Shown here one piece after another: positions 39,701-50,165 of a stretch of DNA of 64,000 bases (the stretch's first letter is position 1; each line of letters opens with the position of its first letter). The notes under the pieces are model-generated. The model was not told the DNA's origin. It did no database searches and was given only the letters and a program-made list of their open reading frames with translations. Both the position numbers and the translations under genes were made by a program. Source of the DNA: Phoronis australis. Its lineage: Eukaryota; Animalia; Phoronida. Where the stretch lies: positions 124,001 through 188,000 of the forward strand of contig NMRA01000062.1 of assembly GCA_002633005.1 (NCBI GenBank), in the 5' to 3' direction.

Positions 39701-42700
39701 ACACCATGGCTCAAGAAATTGATAACATTTGTGGTAGTCATGTGTTGATGGACATGTTTTTGACAGCGGTGATGGGTGGAGCTCCAACATCATCAATGAT
39801 CAGACAGTGCTGCCCTCCTGAGTGCTTCTGTATCGTTTCAGTATCAAAAAATAGTAGTTCACCTGATGGACAAGCAGACTCAAGTGTTAGATCTGGTCTC
39901 CGGGGACAACACAACCGCTCAACAACTGAATCTGCAGATCAGTAAGGTAAACCCTGAACATGTGCTTTGAAAGACTACACTTCCTAAACACACACTCGCC
40001 ATCTGTTGAGCTATTGATGTTGTTAAGTAATAGAAGTGGTGTTATGTACAACACGTCTCTCTTTCAACTTAGTAACGTATAAAGTTGAAGCGCGTTATTT
40101 TTGCCTATAACACTCGCTTCCTCAGGCGCGTTATTTTTGCCTATAACACTCTCTTCCTCAAGCGCGATATCAACCAGCCTTACCTATAACACACCCTTCC
40201 TCAAGTCTCAAGGCAACTATACTGTTTAGAAATTTATTTAGTTGCACAGAACTTTATTTGCAACAAACATTTTGGAAGGTCGTGGGAGGGTTCCTTATCC
40301 AAAGTTTGTCTGTATGTGGGCTGGTCATGAAATAAATGTAAAGAAATAGTTGACACCCTTTTAGTCATCATTGTACAACAATGTCTGCTATGTTTCAGAA
40401 TCTTGGCCTGCCTCAGGAGTGTCATGATATGTTTACCATATGGATTTGCTCAAGGAATTTACGTAAGTTGACAGGCGCGGATCCAGAGGGAGAGGCTAGG
40501 GATCCAAACCCCAATGCTCAGTCATTTTACATTGCGGTAATAGTGCGATTTCAAGCACTCCTTATGTTCGTCCCTAGTTGGACCCCTTTGGGTTTGATTC
40601 TCTCACTCATCTATACACTCTGACTGGAACCAGTATCTGATGTGCCTCATATGGGTTCGTAAAATAGGAGTGCACACCTGTGGAAGATTTTAGCTTTATC
40701 AAGATCATCAGTATATGTTGTCTTGTTAGCTGGTGGCAGTCCATTTATATTTTCTTCAGACTATACTTTTTAATGTTTTTTTCATTCTCTCCGCAGAGTT
40801 ACAACTTAAGTGGGATCATCGTCCGAAACAGCACTTAACTGACTGGAGAAACATAGTGAAGATGTATACAGACTTTGACCCCACTGAGGAGGAGCCTAAA
40901 CTATGCTGGAAGAGAGACGCAAGGCTCAGTGTCACCAAAGAAAGGAAAGTGAGTAGATATTGTAGTGGAGGTGATGTGTGTCACTAAGGATATGATGGTG
41001 TGTAGATATCACTGGGCACTAGGCATGGCACACCAAGCTCTGTGACACCAAAGAAAGGAACGTGAGTAGATGAAAATTAATTATTTTGTTCATGGTCGAA
41101 GCTTGTTTCAAATTTTAGAAATAGGCAGTATTTGCCATCCCAAAGTCGAGAATTATGATCGACCGTAAACTATGATTTGATTCATCGCGATGTTACTCAC
41201 AATGGGAACACATGAAGATGTCTTGTCTCAGTAACGCTGTGAATACTGACCTGACTTCTTAGGATGAAGTTAAGAACATGGTGAATTATGTATTTTATGA
41301 TCTGAGCTATAAAAACAGCATTGAAAACGCTCGGAAATGTCTTAAATTTGATTGACAAGGATATTTTAGGTACCTTCACCTGTATTTACCTGATAATTTG
41401 ATGAGCTTTGCTCATGAAGTGAACAGCTATGTGATCACCACCATATGCCAGATATATGTTACAAAAGTCAAATTAATGTTTTTCTAAATAGTTAAGTGAT
41501 GGCTGCATCAGTACATACTCAAAATAAAATGGATTGTTTCAATTTAATATAGTTTTCACCATATGGTGTTTAGCTATAAATAGAAACATGCGATGGAAAA
41601 GGTTTTTCATTCCTTTCCGATGACATGATGTTAAATGGCTAAATAACTTACCGTAATCGTTCGGGTTAACGCCCATGCTCAGTTAACCGCCCATCCCCGA
41701 CTTTAAGTGGATTTTCGATTTAACCGCCCACTGCTCGGTTAACCGCCCCCCTGCGATTTTTGAAGATTTCCAGTTAAGCGCCCACCTCTCGGTTAAGCGC
41801 CCATCCCCGATTTTTAAAGAAGGAAGATTTAGCGCCTAGTGTTAAGGAAACGCGCGATTCCCCGACTTTTAGAAAAAGATCGATGATCACAATGAGTGCA
41901 ACGACGCCGGGACTCCGAGACGGTGGTTTAGCAATCTGAATTACAATACAGGTAACGAGTTATTGTCTTGGGTCATGAACTCACTTCAAAATATAATACT
42001 TGAACCTTTTTGTCACTTTATTTTCTTCCCTTGTTTGCAAGCTTTTAAGAACGCCGCCGGCGTCAAAACCTCCGCTTTCAGCGACTTTGTCTGCCGCGCT
42101 GAGTTTCCGTCTGCAGTGTACTAGATAAAACATATATTCGAAAAAATCAGGCCAGAGAAATGTNGACTGTCGCTATGTGTGACTGATTTGTAGTGGTGCA
42201 CGTGCGCAAGTTCCCACACTTTGGAGTGCATGTTACCTTGACACCAACATGTGATTGACAGGTGACTCACACGTAGGCCCTACGTGCGTGCTGAATACCG
42301 CTACTATCTTTGGCCATAAAAAACGAGATGCATATTGAAAGAGGCCGTTATATTACTTGACGGCATTTCCAATTCACGATTGTCAGCCGACTGAGACATT
42401 GCGCGAGAACAGCGGGACCGAACAGTGCCGCAGTGCGATATTACAAGCGATATAAATAGGATAATCTGGACATCTTGCATGAAAAATAAATGTTTTTCTA
42501 CCACGAAGTTTGGTAAGGTGATCGTTTAGAATAATGAATTGAAACATTGCTGTTTTCTGACATTTTGTAACCTATTTATGCAGTTGCTTGAAATTTTATT
42601 CTTGATCGACGACTGGCTCGACCACCCCCGATCCTTGTCTTACTTCTTTGCATAGCATGTTTGGCGCAACGGCAAGAGAGCAATGCGGGCTGTCGAGATA

Positions 42701-45700
42701 AGGCAGCCGCAGAACCATACGCTGAAAATGTCATTGAGTAACGGAGTGTCGACTATAACATCCCAAACACAAAAAAACAGCAGAGTTAAGTTTTTCAAAC
42801 TTTTATTACAACCAATTTTAAAATTGCTCTCTGACTCAGAACTTGACAGCTACATATAGTACGAGACTGTAACCATAAATTTGATGTCTGACCTCTGCAA
42901 CACGTGAAGCTTGCACGCGCGCACTTAAGCAGGGTCACATCTTGAAACAGTTTTAATTCTGGTGGAGGCTGCGTGGTGACTGGTCGTCTGCGCACCGCAG
43001 GACGGCACGGGGCTATTATTCAGCAATTTTGTAAAGTTAATAGTGAATGACTAATCTGAGGGCAAGAGAACCTTTGTTGGGATAATCCACTGTTATGACG
43101 TTTTCACAGTCATTTGGCGACGTGCCAATAAAGCTCTTTGAAAAGGGCTACGCGTTCCGAGTATGATTGTCGTGTCGGGATTTTTGATCGCCAGGTAAGA
43201 TTAACCGCCCAGGGCGGTTGTCTGTCGTAATAAGCGCCCATGTTCGGTTAACCGCCCATCCCCTACTTTAGGTGGATTTTCGATTTAACCGCCCACTGCT
43301 CGGTTAACCGCCCTCCCCCGATTTTTTGGATTCGCCAATTTAACCGCCCAGGGCGTTAACCCGAACGATTACGGTACTAAAAATCATAAAAGTCACAGAC
43401 TTTTAGTGAGTGATTTAGCTATTTTACAAATAGAAACATGATAGTGTAAAATGCTGAGTTTGTTTTTGCCTTGTAATGTTTATTGCATGCAACTTGAATA
43501 TTACTCATAGCACTTATATTCATTTTCTGTTGTATTTCTTTTTCAAGTCTCTGATATCCATGTTGTAGTGCTGATGATATTTTTGTGAGCACATGATGTT
43601 GAAAGTCGTCCATTTCAAAAGTCTGTCCCCTGCAAGCAAGTCTGTAGTAAATAAGTAAAGAACAGCGTTGACTGTTGCCATGGTTACTGTTTCATGGTTT
43701 ACTGTGCTTCTTGTGATTCTCATGTCCACTCAGTCAACATGTACAGCAGTGTATTCAAACCCTGTTTTCAGAATAGGCACATTGTAGCCACTCACCTGTT
43801 ATTTCACGAGGCGTACACGTGTTACATCAAGGGGTACTACCCATGTGCTGAGGAGGACGCCATCATATTGGGCGCAGTAGTCATGTTGTTGGATAAACAC
43901 ACTGATGAGAGCAAGAAGGTCAAGTCTATATTGTTGTAAGTACGAGCTTATTGACGTTGCAAGGTCAAGGCTGTACTGTTGTGAGTATGGGCTTATTGAC
44001 CTTGGAAGGTCAAGTCTATACTGTTGTGAGTATGAGCTTATTGACCTTGGAAGGTCAAGTCTATACTGTTGTGAGTATGAGCTTATTGACCTTGCAAGCT
44101 CAAGTCTGTGCCATTGAGAGTGCGGAGTTATTGGCCTTGCAAGGTGAAGTCTGTACTGTAGTAATTATGAGATAAGTGACCTCAGAAGGTTGTTTCTATA
44201 TTGCTTTTAAGTACTGTACTAATGAAATTGCCTGTGATTGCTGTGACTTTGTGCCGAGTAAAGGTACCATCACAATATGACGAATTTAAGGAACAAATCT
44301 AAACTAACAGCAGGTCTTTTTATAGGCTCAAAGTTCTAAACCAGTAATTTCATAGGAAGATGGACAAAATTAATTGACCAAGAATAACAACGAATTCTAA
44401 GCAATGGCTAATGCAATTCAACGTATTCAAAAAAGTCACCTCTTACCGAGCCAATTCGTCTTTTAAGGATTAATATCCGGTTAATCTGAATTCCAGTACA
44501 CATGTGTTTGTGTGTGTGTGGGAGGGGGGCTCTGTGAACATATTGTCATTTAATTTAAAATGATTTCAGTGAGAAAAACATCCGCCACCTAGTCCCAGAG
44601 TCACTGATGAAGTATTCCACCAAGAGTACAAAGTACTGGTCAAGCAAGATCCAGTCAAAGTACAAGAGCCTAACCAGTCAGCTATCATCACCGGCTACTG
44701 TGGTCAGTACTAGTCAGGTGCTATACAACCTAGTTACTTGCAAGCTAGCCAGTGTTGGGCCTTCAGTCTAGGGTTTTTGGTGTCTTTGTCAGTGGGAGCC
44801 TTTCAGGAGACAGTGTTGCTCTCCCAGTTTCGAGGCAGTTTCACCATTTCTAGTTGGTTCTGTTGCTAGTGTCTCTGCTGCTAATTTGGTTTATCCCAGT
44901 TTAAAGTTGTTGAGTTTTACCTTTTGACATTGATGCTGGTGTGCTCTTTTAGGGTAAGATAACCAAGCTGATAAAAATTTACACTGTTGTCTGCCATCAT
45001 CCGTCTGCTCTTGACTTCACTCTTGTCGTCTGCTGTTCATTGTAGGATCTACAGTATTACTTTCTACTGGTTTGCTGGAACCTCAAAGTTTATGGTTCTG
45101 CGTTCTTCAGTGGCTTTCTTCAAACAAGGGTAAATACACAACTGTTCAGTTGGTGGAGAGGATTAAAGTCTTGGCGTGTTACGTAAATGTTGTAAAATTT
45201 GATAAAAGGCAGAAGTCTGGTAAAATGCCACTAGGTATTGCAAGAGACCTGTTGTATTGAGAGTAAACGTTCTTCCTTTAGTCAGTGTACAAAGGGATTG
45301 TCTTAATGTCGAACTTGGACTGATACCCTCGTAACCTAATTTACAATATTACATGTAGGTGTTAGTGGTGAGAATGTCAAGTAATTAGTATTGTGTCTTG
45401 GTTCTGTAAATACTTGTCATGCTGAACACCGTAGTTTTGTGCTAGGTTTCCCGTTTCTTGGAACTGAAGTCTGTGTCAATTTTTCCATTAGGCTGGTTCA
45501 AATCAGAAGTCGTCATCATCTTCGTCAGACTTTGTCCATGTTGGAATCAATGATATTGGAGTGCATATAATCCATGGGCAAAGTAAGGTAAGACATCTAT
45601 GCTGAACGCAGGGGACGTTTTGCTATGTGACCTTCAGTCGGAAGTAAGAGTTGTGAGCATAGACCTTATTCAATTAAGTTTAAAGTTCAAGGATATCTCA

Positions 45701-46992
45701 AGAAGACTTTTTAAAGACCCTGTCTCGAGCGGTTATCCTGGTTAAAACACTTAAAAACGTACAAAAAGTTATTAAGTAAGGAGGCAGTGTGACCTAGTGT
45801 GATAGGTGACGCTTTCTTTACTCGAGGTCGTGGGTTCGAGTCCCACTGGGCCACACTGCTAGACCCTTGAGTCAGGTTTCTAGCTCCTCAGCTCAGTTTT
45901 AACTATATATTAATAAAGCATAAACATGGTTTCAGGTGATCAGTGCAATGGGCCCACATGCGCGGCCTGTGCAAGTCTGGTATAACATGTATCAGACCAC
46001 CTGCAATTATTTTTTTTATTAAATACTATGTAACGTGCTTTAATGTTTTCCACTTTTCTGTTATCAAGCTACAAATCTTTTTGAACATGCTTATTTACTT
46101 TGGCCAGAATCAGAAAATCAACTATTCTTGTCAATTTCCGTTTTCAAGGTGCATCAGTTTAGGAACGATTCCTGAATGACGGACATGGTGTCCTTGAAAA
46201 CACGTTGATACCACCTGAGCGTAAAACAGTTGTTATTTTGTTTGATTGTTTTTTGATTCACATTTTGGTTCTTGTGATAGAAATTCAGTTGCTTTCTGTC
46301 TAAATGTTCAGCCCTTTCTTTGCACATGAGGTATTGTATTTTGAGCTTTATTCCATCCTGTCTAGCTGTTACTTTAAATATTTTGAGTTCGTAATTGTAG
46401 AGCCACAGTCAAAAGCACCTATGTAGTTGGGGGAAACAGTCGAGACTGATTTTATGAGTAAAAGGCGTAATTCAATTTTGTATTTTTAGTCAGCTAAACA
46501 GGGCGAATTGCAACTTTACAATAATTGTAAGTGAATACATTGTTCTTCCAGTAACGAGCATTAATTGCCATGACTCATCACAAATGCACGGTAAATTTCA
46601 GCTAAAGGAACAACTCTGGTAAATTAGAGGAAAAATCTAAATCTGTAATACTGTATTTTCTTCATCACCCTATCGTCAAACAGGTCTATGCGATTCTTGC
46701 TTATTGTATAGTGCCTAGTGCATTCTGGGAAATCTAGTGTGCTGGGTCAAGTGTGACAAAAAGGTCAAAAGAAAACATGTCACTTGTTCTTTTGCAGATG
46801 ATGATTCACACATTTGACTACAACTCCATCAAGTGGAGTGAGTGGAGACCATCAGGTGGATTTCATCAATATTTAAAGATAACTCCTAAGAATGCCCCCA
46901 GAGGGCAGTCAAGTATTATCATTCGTAGTAAACAGTCAGAGCTGGTGGTTCAACTTATGACAATGCTTCATGACCTTCATAAAAGTAACTAG
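33540..46992 (+). CDS. KRIT1: KRIT1 (Krev interaction trapped 1 / CCM1) homolog, 16 coding exons, about 733 aa
   Basis: All 16 GT-AG exons join in phase to 2202 nt including the stop. N-terminal AVLRPKNT..EYRPRNFDLLL resembles human AVIRPKNT..EYRAKSYEILL, followed by NPVY, ankyrin repeats (FPLHESAC, WAPIHYAA, TPLHFAA) and FERM motifs (FTIWICS, CWNLKVYGSAFF, VHVGIN). Exon lengths 157, 108 and 152 match those I recall for human KRIT1. Confidence 0.95.
34372..34783. mobile_element. PIF/Harbinger-like MITE in a KRIT1 intron
   Basis: About 55-bp imperfect TIR TGCCTGGTTGC...GCAACCAGGCA with 3-bp CAG TSD. Confidence 0.75.
34863..34952 (+). CDS. KRIT1: KRIT1 coding exon 2 (GKQSIHIPTQPSSDKEVAMVELHCLIVDSK)
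   Basis: ttgcag| acceptor, |gtacca donor, phase 1-1. Confidence 0.8.
35404..35481. repeat. 78-bp near-perfect palindrome with no loop
   Basis: 39-bp arms centred on GTTCA|TGAAC with one mismatch. Confidence 0.92.
35885..36023 (+). CDS. KRIT1: KRIT1 coding exon 3 (AKLNATH...PGFYQLDYVIDSC...MVNQLDR)
   Basis: tttgtag| and |gtgagt, phase 1-2; resembles human FYCLQDIMRVC..MLIALDK. Confidence 0.85.
35970..36430 (+). repeat. About 100-bp tandem repeat (5 copies) spanning the end of KRIT1 exon 3 and its donor
   Basis: Units start near 35970, 36070, 36168, 36268 and 36369; core CTCCATGGTGAATCAGCTGGA. Confidence 0.92.
36474..36723 (+). CDS. KRIT1: KRIT1 coding exon 4 (WLAERY...VHNPVYAS...IMNNLFG...KHR)
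   Basis: ttacag| and |gtaagt, phase 2-0; contains the first NPxY motif. Confidence 0.92.
37206..37303 (+). CDS. KRIT1: KRIT1 coding exon 5 (VDAIAVNHFWGMGVPDTDRM...)
   Basis: ctgatag| and |gtaagt, phase 0-2; resembles human VDKVVINPYFGLGAPD. Confidence 0.85.
37851..37985 (+). CDS. KRIT1: KRIT1 coding exon 6 (ankyrin; DSGFPLHESAC...WAPIHYAA)
   Basis: tttcag| and |gtgagg, phase 2-2. Confidence 0.93.
38358..38514 (+). CDS. KRIT1: KRIT1 coding exon 7 (ankyrin; YGHVAAVK...TPLHFAAVHGQ...NIDV)
   Basis: ctgtcag| and |gtgagt, 157 nt, phase 2-0. Confidence 0.93.
38580..38950. repeat. Purine-rich tandem repeat of about 70 bp
   Basis: GTGGGAGGGGCCAA(A)GATTGAGAGG units. Confidence 0.85.
39384..39491 (+). 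CDS. KRIT1: KRIT1 coding exon 8 (NALDKDGRSALDLC...ARERP)
   Basis: ttacag| and |gtaaac, 108 nt, phase 0-0. Confidence 0.92.
39842..39946 (+). CDS. KRIT1: KRIT1 coding exon 9 (FERM F1; YQKIVVHLMDKQTQVLDLVSGDNTTAQQL...)
   Basis: tttcag| and |gtaaac, phase 0-0. Confidence 0.88.
40399..40462 (+). CDS. KRIT1: KRIT1 coding exon 10 (NLGLPQECHDMFTIWICSRNL)
   Basis: tttcag| and |gtaagt, phase 0-1. Confidence 0.9.
40797..40948 (+). CDS. KRIT1: KRIT1 coding exon 11 (QLQLKWDHRPKQHLTDW...TKERK)
   Basis: ccgcag| and |gtgagt, 152 nt, phase 1-0. Confidence 0.92.
41651..43374. mobile_element. Non-autonomous Tc1/mariner (pogo/Tigger-like) DNA transposon in KRIT1 intron 11
   Basis: TA TSD; perfect 24-bp TIR CCGTAATCGTTCGGGTTAACGCCC; many subterminal GGTTAACCGCCCA repeats; no transposase ORF. 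Confidence 0.88.
43772..43935 (+). CDS. KRIT1: KRIT1 coding exon 12 (FERM F2; LLFHEAYTCYIKGYYPC...)
   Basis: ttttcag| and |gtaagt, phase 0-2. Confidence 0.9.
43916..44205 (+). repeat. 45-bp tandem repeat (about 6.5 copies) spanning the end of KRIT1 exon 12 and its donor
   Basis: Unit AAGGTCAAGTCTATACTGTT|GTGAGTATGAGCTTATTGACCTTGG. Confidence 0.93.
44570..44702 (+). CDS. KRIT1: KRIT1 coding exon 13 (EKNIRHLVPESLMK...YWSSKIQSKYKSL...)
   Basis: tttcag| and |gtcagt, phase 2-0. Confidence 0.85.
45046..45129 (+). CDS. KRIT1: KRIT1 coding exon 14 (DLQYYFLLVCWNLKVYGSAFFSGFLQTR)
   Basis: ttgtag| and |gtaaat, phase 0-0; FERM YGxxFF motif. Confidence 0.9.
45492..45587 (+). CDS. KRIT1: KRIT1 coding exon 15 (AGSNQK...VHVGINDIGVHIIHGQSK)
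   Basis: cattag| and |gtaaga, phase 0-0. Confidence 0.88.
45779..45880 (+). mobile_element. tRNA-derived SINE
   Basis: A-box TGACCTAGTG and B-box GGTTCGAGTCC; diverged copy on - at 60828-60921. Confidence 0.65.
46798..46992 (+). CDS. KRIT1: KRIT1 terminal coding exon (MMIHTFDY...SKQSELVVQLMTMLHDLHKSN*)
   Basis: ttgcag| acceptor, TAG stop; resembles human TKQAGLVVKLL. Confidence 0.9.
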   Translation: MMIHTFDYNSIKWSEWRPSGGFHQYLKITPKNAPRGQSSIIIRSKQSELVVQLMTMLHDLHKSN

Positions 46993-47055
46993 TGACATCT
47001 GCTGAGTTCTTCCATGTACGCCTCTGTGTGGCCTTGGAACAGGACACATCTAGTC

Positions 47056-47061
47056 AATAAA
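47056..47061 (+). terminator. Candidate KRIT1 polyadenylation signal
   Basis: AATAAA 64 nt after the stop with T/GT-rich sequence downstream; another AATAAA at 48768. Confidence 0.45.
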
Positions 47062-47960
47062 AGGTTTTAGAATTTGTTGTTTATGGAAACAATGAGATTT
47101 TATGTGCAGAAGCCTAAGTTATGCTGTAGTTCAATGACTTTACCAGACTGTGCTGGTTCTGAATATCTGATAACATCTGGCTCCTTTGTCTTTTGCGTGG
47201 TATGACAACGTGTAGGCCAATTATCTACCAGACTTCAAACAGTTACTGTAACTGTAACGTGTGGCAGAATACATCCTCTGATATCTTCGGTTGTAGTTGG
47301 GGTGATATTGTTGGTTTAAAAACTAAACATGATCAACATTTGACAAGGAATTCAGAATTGTTATTAGTTTATGTTCAAACAGATAGTTACTTGTAGTTTT
47401 AAAAGCACAGCCTAATGGGGCTAGATAGGATCTTGTCAGGATTAGAGCAATTATCAAACAAAAGAGGGCAGGCCCTCCAACCATAAATACCACAATAAGG
47501 TGCTGGCTACATCAGTCAACTGGCCAACTTGTTCACTTGCAATCTGATCGAACAAGTTGGAGTCACCGTGAGAATGCCCTAATAATGCATGCAGTAGTGA
47601 GTATAATTAGCAATTATTTTGCTTTATTTCATATCAGAGAACTTTAAAACAAAGGGTATAATGTGGTGTGCACCAGTTTCATGAGGTGTTATCCTGTTTC
47701 ATAATAGTGGGGCCTGTTTTCAAGTATTGTGCAGCATCTATAAGTGTTGATCTCACTCCAGTGACTGGATTTCGAGGAAATAATGTGAGTTAGCTCCCCT
47801 GAAGACCGAAGTAAAGAAAGAGAATAGTTCCACTGAAGACCGAAGTAAAGGGAGAGAATAGCTTTATAAATAGCGCAATGATCCAACACGTGATACTTTA
47901 AGTACTGTAGTTCGCATTAGTAAATATGTAGACGCTGAGGTTGGCCAGTAGAGAAATATA

Positions 47961-48069
47961 TCAAATGAACCCAGAAAAATCAGGAACCCCAACTGGGAAT
48001 CAAACCACACGTCTCTAGATTGCTGGTCTAGTGCCACTGAGTGGGCTCCTGATTTTTCTGTTTATTTGA
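47961..48069. mobile_element. Short palindromic element with a tRNA-like B-box
   Basis: Arms CAGAAAAATCAGGA / TCCTGATTTTTCTG around a minus-strand GGTTTGATTCC. Confidence 0.5.
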
Positions 48070-50165
48070 GAAACAAGCTTGACATTAAGCTTGACATTGC
48101 TAGACATTTTTCTGTATTATACATGTATTGGCCCATACGCCTAAATCCAATGTAATGCATTTTTTTCAGAGAAAATCTTTGCTCAAGTGTTGCGCACATA
48201 ATTATATGTACCTATGTTCCAGGTGGCCAATCCTTATTTCTCTGTGCATGACTAAACGGGCTAGTTTTGGGTAGTTTCTCCACGTTTCCGTTAAAAAATT
48301 AGTACCAAGTCCACAATTTTGAAACAGAAAGTGCACTTTCAGACACAATCGATTGTTCTTAGGTTTTAATTTAATGTTTCACATACAGGCGTATGGGTCT
48401 AGGCATTTACCCAACAACTGTGATGTGAGTGACATTTTATTTTTAATTGTAAGATTCTGTACGCAGTTCGTCTGCTGAATTCTATCGAAAAGAAAAAGTG
48501 GCTTGTGGCTGGACTTTGTTCAGTAGCTGCAAGCTTAATTCCTATAGTCCTCTTAAAGTTCACAAATTTTATCTAGCTAAAACTGACTCAAGTTGAGTCT
48601 CCTATATTTTTTTATTTGTAAATATTACATTTGCATTGAAACTGTTTTTGCTCGTATGGCCAAAAACATGTCACAGACATGATCTTTGTTGTCCGTTGGA
48701 CTTGTCACAATCATCATTTTTGTCTTCCTAATTATGTACAGTTCTGTACTTATCGTGATTTTGTACAAATAAATCTGTTTAGATTGATTGTATGTTGTTT
48801 TTGTAAACAGGGTCTTGGAAAAGTGAAGTTTTGTGAAATGATCTCGTTACTCACTGTTTATTGGAGCACAGTTGTAAACGTACATGGCGAGGCGGGGGAT
48901 ATAAACCCCTAAAAGGGGCGTTAAATATACCCTGTCAACGTTTACTTAGATACCACTGCTTCCTTAACTTTCGAGCGTGTTATAGTAACGGCGTTGAGTT
49001 TATCATATAACTTACCACTAACTCGTCCAGCATTCAAAGCTTACATGCATCAAGTTCAGACGAAACCATAAAAGATTGTTCTTCAGAGAAACACTGTGGG
49101 ACATGGTGTTGTTCGGCTTTAAGTATTGTTCGCCATAAGTTGTGTCCCATTAGTGAAACAGAGTGGATGTGCTGCGATGCATGCAACACCTAGACCACCA
49201 AGATACCTGAGGAATCGGACAATATGCATGCTGGACAATATCTGGCCTGCGTTCCTTAGAATCAAAGAAAGTTTGGAGACACGATACTGGCAAAGAAAGT
49301 AATCGCGCTAGATTTAATCGCAAAATTCTTCCACACACAGAATGCGGCCTACATGCTGAAAACCCTCCTCACCACCATTTTTGTCTTTTGCCTGAAAATG
49401 GAACAAAAGTCAGAAACATGTTTGCCATGATCATAATCATTGTTTTGGGGACTTTTTGGAAGGTGTAAGTTAGATGGTGCAAGATAGATCCTGAAGGTGC
49501 AAGGCAGATCCTGAAAGTTGTGATGAAATGGGTTTGTCAAGACTTGTCGAGTTCATGTTTACTTCCTAAGCCAACAATGGTGAGTATTATCTCACTAATA
49601 TCCAATCACAGTTATCTCCACATGCAATATTTATAGACGAAAAAAGTAACTGCTGAACTATTTTTGGGCAGACTTGCGAAATGTCAAGTTCCATGACAAC
49701 TTGTCTGGCAGTTATTGGCGAGCTGACTAGTCAATGAGCTGGCCACGCCACCTGGTGACTGGGTAAGTTAGCGTTAATTTTAGTTAGAAAACATGTCCAG
49801 AGGATGAGATCATACGTACACTACCAAGTCAAAAAGGAATACTAATGAGAAATCTAACAGCTGGGCCCAGTTGCACAAAATTTATACGCTACATCGCAAA
49901 AATAATGTCACGTTATCACGCACCACATTGTTATTGTTGAACAATGCACACGACGTCATGCAACAATCGCACTTATCCAGCAGATAATTTTGAAGTTTAA
50001 TGCAACCCAGTCCTGATGAGTAAGATAATCAATTAACGAGTCGTACAAAAGTTTATTTTATAAAATAACTTTGATGCTATTACTCTATTCTACTGAATCG
50101 TTGGATGTCAACAAAAATGATAAAGTGCCTGTATTTACAATTTCATAAATTGATAAGAATGTGAA

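Noticed and set aside
45779-45860. Functional tRNA gene (also 30313, 31900, 18300)
   Set aside because: A/B boxes are present but acceptor and anticodon stems do not pair; dispersed diverged copies indicate SINEs
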